In this document: positions 58,816 through 64,000 of the stretch, piece by piece
Layout of the letters: the number at the start of each line of letters is the position of its first letter
Position numbering within the stretch: position 1 is the stretch's first letter
From: Pontixanthobacter sp.
GTDB lineage: Bacteria > Pseudomonadota > Alphaproteobacteria > Sphingomonadales > Sphingomonadaceae
Direction: 5' to 3'
DNA: 64,000 nucleotides
Assembly (NCBI GenBank): GCA_037968495.1
Contig: JBBKVP010000033.1
Location: forward strand, 26,574 to 90,573
Translations under genes and position numbers: made by a program
The notes under the pieces: model-generated
Seen by the model: only the letters and a program-made list of their open reading frames with translations
The model's database searches: none
Told to the model about the DNA's origin: nothing

Positions 58816-60783
58816 ATGTCCAGCATGGTCAACAAACGTTTCATTCCACTCGCCGCCCTACTCTCCACCGGTTTGACGGTTTCCATGCCCTTGGCAGCCC
58901 AGCAAACTACCGCCGCGACCGCTAGTGAATGGGATCAGGCGCGTTCCAATCTGGTCGCGCGGCAGCCGGGCCGGATGTCTCAGGCGATTAGCCGCTGGGA
59001 ACAGCTGACGGCGAATGGCAACTTCGGTTTTGACGATTATGCGGGCTTCATTCTCGCCTATCCGGGCTTCCCGCGTGAGGAACGCCTGCGCGATTTTGCT
59101 GAAAAAGCGCTGGATAACGAACCTGTTACGCCTGACCGGCTGGTGGTATTTTTTGACAAACACCCGCCGCTGACCAATTCCGCCCGCGCCCGTTACGCGC
59201 TGGCGCTAAATTCGCTGAACCGCCCCGAAGCAACCGAAGAAGCGCGGAAAGCTTGGCGCAGCGGCACAATGAGTGGCCCGTCCGAAGCCTATATGACCGG
59301 CCTGTTTTCGAGCCAGTTTACGCTGGATGACCACGACGCGAGGATGGATGCGTTGTTATGGGCCAGTGACGCCGAAGCCGCCCAACGGCAGATCAATATG
59401 GTCTCACCTAGCAAGCGGCAAACCTATACGGCCCGGCTGACCAGCCTATCGGGCAGCCAAACTGCACCCGTTTCCGGAAAAGCCCTAAGCGATCCGGGCT
59501 ATGTCTATAATCTCGTGCAATCTTACCGCAAATCCGACCAGACGTCGCGGGCTGTGAGCCTTCTAACGACGCGCCCCGCCTTTGCAGTTCCGGCTATGAA
59601 TCCAGAAGATTTCGTCGCCGAGATGCTAACGGTCGCAAAAAAAGCCAGCGCTCGTGACGCCCAGCGCATCGCGGCCTCTGTCGATGATCTCTTCGCGCCC
59701 GGAACGGATATTAGCGAAGGCTCATTCCGTCTGCGCGACAAATATACCGATTTGATGTGGCTGGGCGGCACTAAAGCCCTTTGGTCGCTGGGCGACGGCA
59801 TGGGCGCTTCGCAGCTGTTTTATCGCTACGGCATGGCCGCCAAGACTCCCCTCACCCGATCTAAAGGACTGTATTGGGCTGGGAAAGCGGCCTCGCAAGT
59901 TGGCAATCGCAGTGAGGCGGAACGCTATTACACTGAGGCCGCCCGTTATGCCGATCAATATTACGGACAGCTGGCAATTTCCGCACTGGGCCGTCCGATG
60001 CCGACATTTGGCAATGTGCCGAACGCCCCGCCGAAACCCGATCAGAAAGCCGGGTTCTCTGCAGACCCGGTGACGCTGGCTTTGCGGACAATCGCAGCCC
60101 AGCGATTTAACTGGAAGACCGAACGCGCGTTCTTCGAGCAAATTGCGGAAAATGCAAAAACACCTGCCGAAATGGCGATGGTTGCCGATCTAGTCGCTCA
60201 GCTTCGGCTCGATGAGTTCGCAGTGGTAGCGGGCGCAACCGCGCCGGAGAACGGGCTTTCGGGCTTTGAACGGCTCGGTCATCCTACCGTTGCCACACCA
60301 TCAGGCACGGACTGGACGATGGTGCATGCGATTGCTCGGCAGGAAAGCGAATTTGACCGGAACCGCATAAGCCACGCCGGTGCACGCGGAATGATGCAGC
60401 TGATGCCCGGTACAGCGCGCGAACAGGCTGGCAAGCTGGGCATGAATTACATGTCCGCCAGCCTGACAGGCGACACGCAATATAACATCCGGCTGGGTGA
60501 CTCTTATTTCAAGCGCATGCTTCGATATTATGGGGGATCTTACCCGCTTGCCATCGGTGCCTATAACGCTGGTCCGGGCCGAGTAAATCAGTGGCTGCGC
60601 CTGAACGGAGACCCGCGAACTGGTGCGGTTGATTATCAGACATGGATCGAAAAGATCCCCGCCAATTTCGAAACGCGCTATTATATTATGCGTGTGCTGG
60701 GCAATGCTGTCGCTTACGACAATATGAACCCCGATAAGGCACCCGGCGGACGGCCCCGGACAATTGCAGACTTTCTGCGCTGA
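58816..60783 (+). CDS. soluble lytic murein transglycosylase (Slt70-like)
   Basis: Signal peptide, a superhelical N-terminal region, and the SLT catalytic motifs ESEF, GMMQLMP and AYNAGPG. Confidence 0.85.
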   Translation: MSSMVNKRFIPLAALLSTGLTVSMPLAAQQTTAATASEWDQARSNLVARQPGRMSQAISRWEQLTANGNFGFDDYAGFILAYPGFPREERLRDFAEKALDNEPVTPDRLVVFFDKHPPLTNSARARYALALNSLNRPEATEEARKAWRSGTMSGPSEAYMTGLFSSQFTLDDHDARMDALLWASDAEAAQRQINMVSPSKRQTYTARLTSLSGSQTAPVSGKALSDPGYVYNLVQSYRKSDQTSRAVSLLTTRPAFAVPAMNPEDFVAEMLTVAKKASARDAQRIAASVDDLFAPGTDISEGSFRLRDKYTDLMWLGGTKALWSLGDGMGASQLFYRYGMAAKTPLTRSKGLYWAGKAASQVGNRSEAERYYTEAARYADQYYGQLAISALGRPMPTFGNVPNAPPKPDQKAGFSADPVTLALRTIAAQRFNWKTERAFFEQIAENAKTPAEMAMVADLVAQLRLDEFAVVAGATAPENGLSGFERLGHPTVATPSGTDWTMVHAIARQESEFDRNRISHAGARGMMQLMPGTAREQAGKLGMNYMSASLTGDTQYNIRLGDSYFKRMLRYYGGSYPLAIGAYNAGPGRVNQWLRLNGDPRTGAVDYQTWIEKIPANFETRYYIMRVLGNAVAYDNMNPDKAPGGRPRTIADFLR

Positions 60784-60809
60784 CTAATGATGTGCTGGGG
60801 CATGACGTT

Positions 60810-61298
60810 ATGAAAAAGCTTGCATGTGTGATCGCGGCGCTCGCTTTAGCTACGACTGCCGCAGCGAAAGACGGCCTCGGCGTTTTTGACAGCTGGGCCG
60901 CATTTCGGGATGCTGAGACGCCGCGCTGCTATGCGATTGCCAAGGCCCGCTCCAGCAGCCGCTCAGGCACATACAAGCCTTATGCAACTGTCGGAACTTG
61001 GCCGAAACGCGGCGTTCGCGGACAGGTGCACTTTCGCCTTTCGAGCAAACTGGCCTCCGGCTCCAAGATCACGCTGAGAGTGAGCGACAAGAGCTTTACC
61101 CTCACCGGCGGCGGTGCAGACGCCTGGGCGCGTGACAAAACAATGGACGCCGCCATCGTGGCTGCCATGCGGTCTGCCAACCAAATGACTATCCGCGCGC
61201 AAAGTGCGTCCGGCAGAAACATCGCCAACACTTATAATTTGGGCGGGGCGGCAACCGCGATGGATGCTGCGACCGTGGGATGCGCGAACCTTCGCTGA
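60810..61298 (+). CDS. hypothetical periplasmic protein
   Basis: Signal peptide MKKLACVIAALALATTAAA and two Cys residues (near the N-terminus of the mature protein and near the C-terminus). I cannot name a family with confidence. Confidence 0.5.
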   Translation: MKKLACVIAALALATTAAAKDGLGVFDSWAAFRDAETPRCYAIAKARSSSRSGTYKPYATVGTWPKRGVRGQVHFRLSSKLASGSKITLRVSDKSFTLTGGGADAWARDKTMDAAIVAAMRSANQMTIRAQSASGRNIANTYNLGGAATAMDAATVGCANLR

Positions 61299-61367
61299 TC
61301 CGGCATGGGTTAGGTCCTCCCGACCCAAAACCCGACTTCCTTTGCCAATCCCGCAGCTGCAACCTAT

Positions 61368-62717
61368 ATGGCGGCCATGTCCGACACTTCATTAATGCAA
61401 ATACCGGGTCAGGTTGATCCCGTGACCGTGCCGCGCGAAATCACTCCGCGCGAGGATGGCCGTATTGACCTTATCGGCGTGCCGCGCAGCCGCATTGCCG
61501 AAATTTTCGACGAGGCTGGCCTCGATGCAAAGCAGGCAAAACTGCGTGCAAAGCAGATTTATCATTGGCTTTATCACCGCGGCGTGACCGATTTCGAACA
61601 GATGACGGACCTCGGCAAAGCCATGCGCCCGTGGCTGGCCGAGCGGTTCGTGCTGGGCCGCCCGGAGATTGTCGAAGCGCAAGTATCAAGCGATGGAACC
61701 CGCAAATGGCTGCTCAAGACCACCGATGGTCATGAGTATGAAATGGTGTTCATCCCGGATGCGACACGGGGCACACTGTGTGTCTCCAGCCAGATCGGCT
61801 GCACGCTCAATTGTACATTCTGCCACACGGGAACGATGCGGCTGGTCCGCAATCTGACGCCCGGCGAAATCGTCGGACAGGTGATGCTGGCACGCGACGC
61901 ATTGGGTGAATGGCCTGAATCCAACTCGTCACCCCAGCGAAGGCTGGGGTCGGGCTCGGCAAGTTCTGACCAAGTGGAAAGCGATCCCAGCCTTCGCTGG
62001 GATGACGAAACAGCGGAAGATGATCACGAAGACGATGAGCCAAGTGGCTACACCGCCGATGGCCGCTTGCTCACCAATATCGTGATGATGGGCATGGGCG
62101 AACCGCTGTATAACTTCGACAACGTCCGCGATGCGCTGAAGTTGGTCATGGACGGCGAAGGTCTCGCGCTTTCGAAGCGCCGCATTACGCTGTCGACCAG
62201 CGGCGTTGTGCCAATGATGGAACGCTGCGGCGAAGAACTCGGCGTGAACCTTGCCGTGTCGCTTCATGCCACAAACAAGCTGGTGCGCGACGAGATTGTC
62301 CCGATCAATCGCAAGTACGGTTTGCACGAACTGCTCAACGCCTGCGCCGAATATCCCAGCGCCTCGAACTCGCGCCGGATCACATTTGAATATGTGATGC
62401 TGAAGGACAAGAACGACAGCGACGAAGATGCGCGCGAGCTCGTCCGCCTGATCGAGCAATATGCCCTGCCGGCCAAGGTCAATTTGATCCCGTTCAACCC
62501 ATGGCCGGGTTCGGTCTATGAATGCTCCACACCCGAGCGGATCAAGAGTTTTTCCGGTATTGTCTTTGACGCCGGAATCAGCGCCCCCATCCGCACGCCG
62601 CGTGGCCGCGATATTGATGCCGCCTGCGGACAGCTCAAAACTTCAGCCGAGAAGAAAAGCCGGGCGCAAATGGACCGTGAAGCTGCTGCTGCAGCTGAGG
62701 CTGCAGCAGAGGCATAA
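61368..62717 (+). CDS. rlmN: 23S rRNA/tRNA (adenine-C2)-methyltransferase RlmN, with an extra acidic insertion
   Basis: Radical-SAM motif [11 protein letters not shown], plus [13 protein letters not shown] and DIDAACGQL. About 40 extra residues ([40 protein letters not shown]) lie between GEW and LTNIVMMG. Confidence 0.93.
   Translation: MAAMSDTSLMQIPGQVDPVTVPREITPREDGRIDLIGVPRSRIAEIFDEAGLDAKQAKLRAKQIYHWLYHRGVTDFEQMTDLGKAMRPWLAERFVLGRPEIVEAQVSSDGTRKWLLKTTDGHEYEMVFIPDATRGTLCVSSQIGCTLNCTFCHTGTMRLVRNLTPGEIVGQVMLARDALGEWPESNSSPQRRLGSGSASSDQVESDPSLRWDDETAEDDHEDDEPSGYTADGRLLTNIVMMGMGEPLYNFDNVRDALKLVMDGEGLALSKRRITLSTSGVVPMMERCGEELGVNLAVSLHATNKLVRDEIVPINRKYGLHELLNACAEYPSASNSRRITFEYVMLKDKNDSDEDARELVRLIEQYALPAKVNLIPFNPWPGSVYECSTPERIKSFSGIVFDAGISAPIRTPRGRDIDAACGQLKTSAEKKSRAQMDREAAAAAEAAAEA
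61929..62005. repeat. pair of inverted 24-nt hairpin repeats inside the rlmN coding sequence
   Basis: TCACCCCAGCGAAGGCTGGGGTCG (61929-61952) is the reverse complement of CGATCCCAGCCTTCGCTGGGATGA (61982-62005) apart from two symmetric mismatches. Each arm is itself a 7-bp hairpin, with a GAAG loop in one and a CTTC loop in the other. Confidence 0.6.
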
Positions 62718-62874
62718 GTGCTTCGCTCTTTCCTACCGCGCTCTGATGTGATTTAACGGCGGATATGGAAATTGCTCTCAATCTCGCTGAAAAAGCTCCT
62801 GATTTGATGGTGCAGCGGGGGCGAGCAGTTTTTTTCACTAGGGCGTGTAACATGTGTCACTTTGGTGGTGCCCC

Positions 62875-63639
62875 ATGACATTGCCGGCAGTCCTCATCAC
62901 GGGTGGAGCCAAACGGCTTGGTGCAGCAATGGCGCAGCAATTTGCAGTAAATGGCTGGCACGTTGTAATCCACTACCGCTCCTCTGCCGCAGATGCTGAG
63001 GCTCTGGCCGCATCGCTGCCTTCGGCTGAAACGATCGCCTGCGACCTTTCCGATGATGACGCAGCAGTGGCGATGATCGAGGATTTGGGTGCGCAGCTTC
63101 CAGACTGGCGCGCGCTGGTGAATTCAGCCTCGATCTTCAGCTACGATTCTGTAAACGAACTCGATCCCGCAGCGAACCGGCAGGCGATGCAGGTAAATGC
63201 TCTCAGCCCGGCGCGCATGACGCAGGCCTATTTTGCGAGTGCCAAAGCGCTGGATGGCAGGCACGCAATCCAGATACTCGACCAAAAGCTCGCCAATCCA
63301 AACCCAGATTTCTTCAGCTATACCATGAGTAAACATGCGCTTGCCGCGACTATCCCGATGCAGGCTATGTCGCCAAAAAACGCGTCGGACCGCATCTATG
63401 GCCTAGCGCCCGGAGCAATCCTTGCAAGCCATGACCAGACCGAAGACGAGGCCGAACGCTCGCATTTGCGGAACTTGTTGCGGCGGCGAACTTGGCCCGA
63501 TGAAGTGGCGCAAGCAGCCGTGTTTCTTGCATCCGGAATGCTCGCCAGCGGTGAGACAATCTACGTCGATTCCGGCCAGCACTTGCTTTCCCAGTCTCGC
63601 GACGTAATCTATCTCGAACGAGAGGGGCTGACGGCATGA
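62875..63639 (+). CDS. short-chain dehydrogenase/reductase (pteridine-reductase-like)
   Basis: N-terminal ITGGAKRLG dinucleotide motif and a catalytic YxxxK (YTMSKHAL). Start taken at the ATG at 62875. Confidence 0.8.
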   Translation: MTLPAVLITGGAKRLGAAMAQQFAVNGWHVVIHYRSSAADAEALAASLPSAETIACDLSDDDAAVAMIEDLGAQLPDWRALVNSASIFSYDSVNELDPAANRQAMQVNALSPARMTQAYFASAKALDGRHAIQILDQKLANPNPDFFSYTMSKHALAATIPMQAMSPKNASDRIYGLAPGAILASHDQTEDEAERSHLRNLLRRRTWPDEVAQAAVFLASGMLASGETIYVDSGQHLLSQSRDVIYLEREGLTA

Positions 63640-64000
63640 AACGGCACCTGCTCTCATCACGTCTGTGGCACTGGATCAATGCGATCAGCCTGATCATCCT
63701 GTTCATGTCGGGCCTCAATATCTCCAACGCACATCCGCGACTTTACTGGGGCCACTATGGCTTCGCACCCGAAGACGCGTGGTTGCATGTCATGCGCTTC
63801 CCGGGCTGGATGACGATCCCGGATTATTATAGTCTGGCAAAGGCAAGGGAGTGGCATTTGCTCTTCGCTTGGCCCTTCGCAATCGCACTGCTTTTCTTCC
63901 TGGTTGCTGCACTGGTAAACGGACATGCAAAGCGGGATTTGACCACCAGAAAACGTGACTGGAATTGGTCCGAAATCAAAGAAGATATTGCGCAGCATTT
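63636..64000 (+). CDS. cytochrome b561 / b-type di-haem membrane protein, N-terminal part (runs off window)
   Basis: This frame is absent from the ORF track because it has no stop within the window. It reads MKRHLLSSRLWHWINAISLIILFMSGLNI...WHLLFAWPFAIALLFFLV. Its ATG overlaps the SDR stop (ATGA). Confidence 0.65.
   Translation, partial: MKRHLLSSRLWHWINAISLIILFMSGLNISNAHPRLYWGHYGFAPEDAWLHVMRFPGWMTIPDYYSLAKAREWHLLFAWPFAIALLFFLVAALVNGHAKRDLTTRKRDWNWSEIKEDIAQH

Noticed and set aside
1-64000. CRISPR arrays, rRNA operons, IS elements or transposases, toxin-antitoxin pairs and known defence systems.
   Set aside because: I found no regularly spaced direct repeats, no rRNA-like sequence, and no ORF with transposase, integrase, nuclease-ATPase defence or TA-like features. 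Gene content is almost entirely housekeeping.

Overview
This 64-kb window looks like ordinary core chromosome from an alphaproteobacterium, probably of the Sphingomonadales/Erythrobacteraceae type. That assignment is an inference from several features: an atpI-B-E-F2-F operon with two b-type subunits, cckA plus cpdR, a trpF-B-A-accD-folC cluster, GTTC-N7-GTTC SOS boxes and moderately high GC. About 60 protein genes are packed almost back to back, and many adjacent pairs share ATGA stop/start overlaps. There is one tRNA-Val(GAC). I found no rRNA, CRISPR array, transposase, integrase, phage genes, or recognisable defence or secretion island.

Recognisable genes:
- Translation and RNA: cmk (3-prime end), rpsA, rluB, rsmD, rlmN, alaS, smpB, a DEAD-box helicase
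- Energy and central metabolism: the F0 ATP synthase operon, icd, gloB
- Biosynthesis: purB, pyrF, trpFBA, accD, folC, dapA
- DNA repair: radC, uvrD, recA
- Envelope: ydbH-ynbE-ydbL, ampG, a soluble lytic transglycosylase
- Cell cycle: cpdR and a cckA-like hybrid kinase
- Transport: a Kef-type antiporter

I do not see a clear new multi-gene system. The observations most worth a second look are small-scale:
1. A roughly 250-nt structured non-coding element bounded by inverted repeats, lying between tRNA-Val and icd.
2. A REP/RPE-like pair of inverted hairpins sitting in frame inside an extra acidic loop of rlmN.
3. A secreted Trp/Pro/Gln-repeat protein interrupted by one in-frame TAG at a position where the internal repeat predicts TGG.
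4. A 61-aa, two-helix membrane ORF wedged between trpB and trpA and coupled to both by ATGA overlaps.
5. Two tandem secreted DUF4139 paralogues directly downstream of a DUF2062-cckA pair.
6. A three-hairpin 3-prime UTR or sRNA candidate after sapC.

The many long ORFs antisense to well-identified genes are high-GC artefacts. All functional calls rest on my recognition of motifs and families in the supplied translations. No database search was run.
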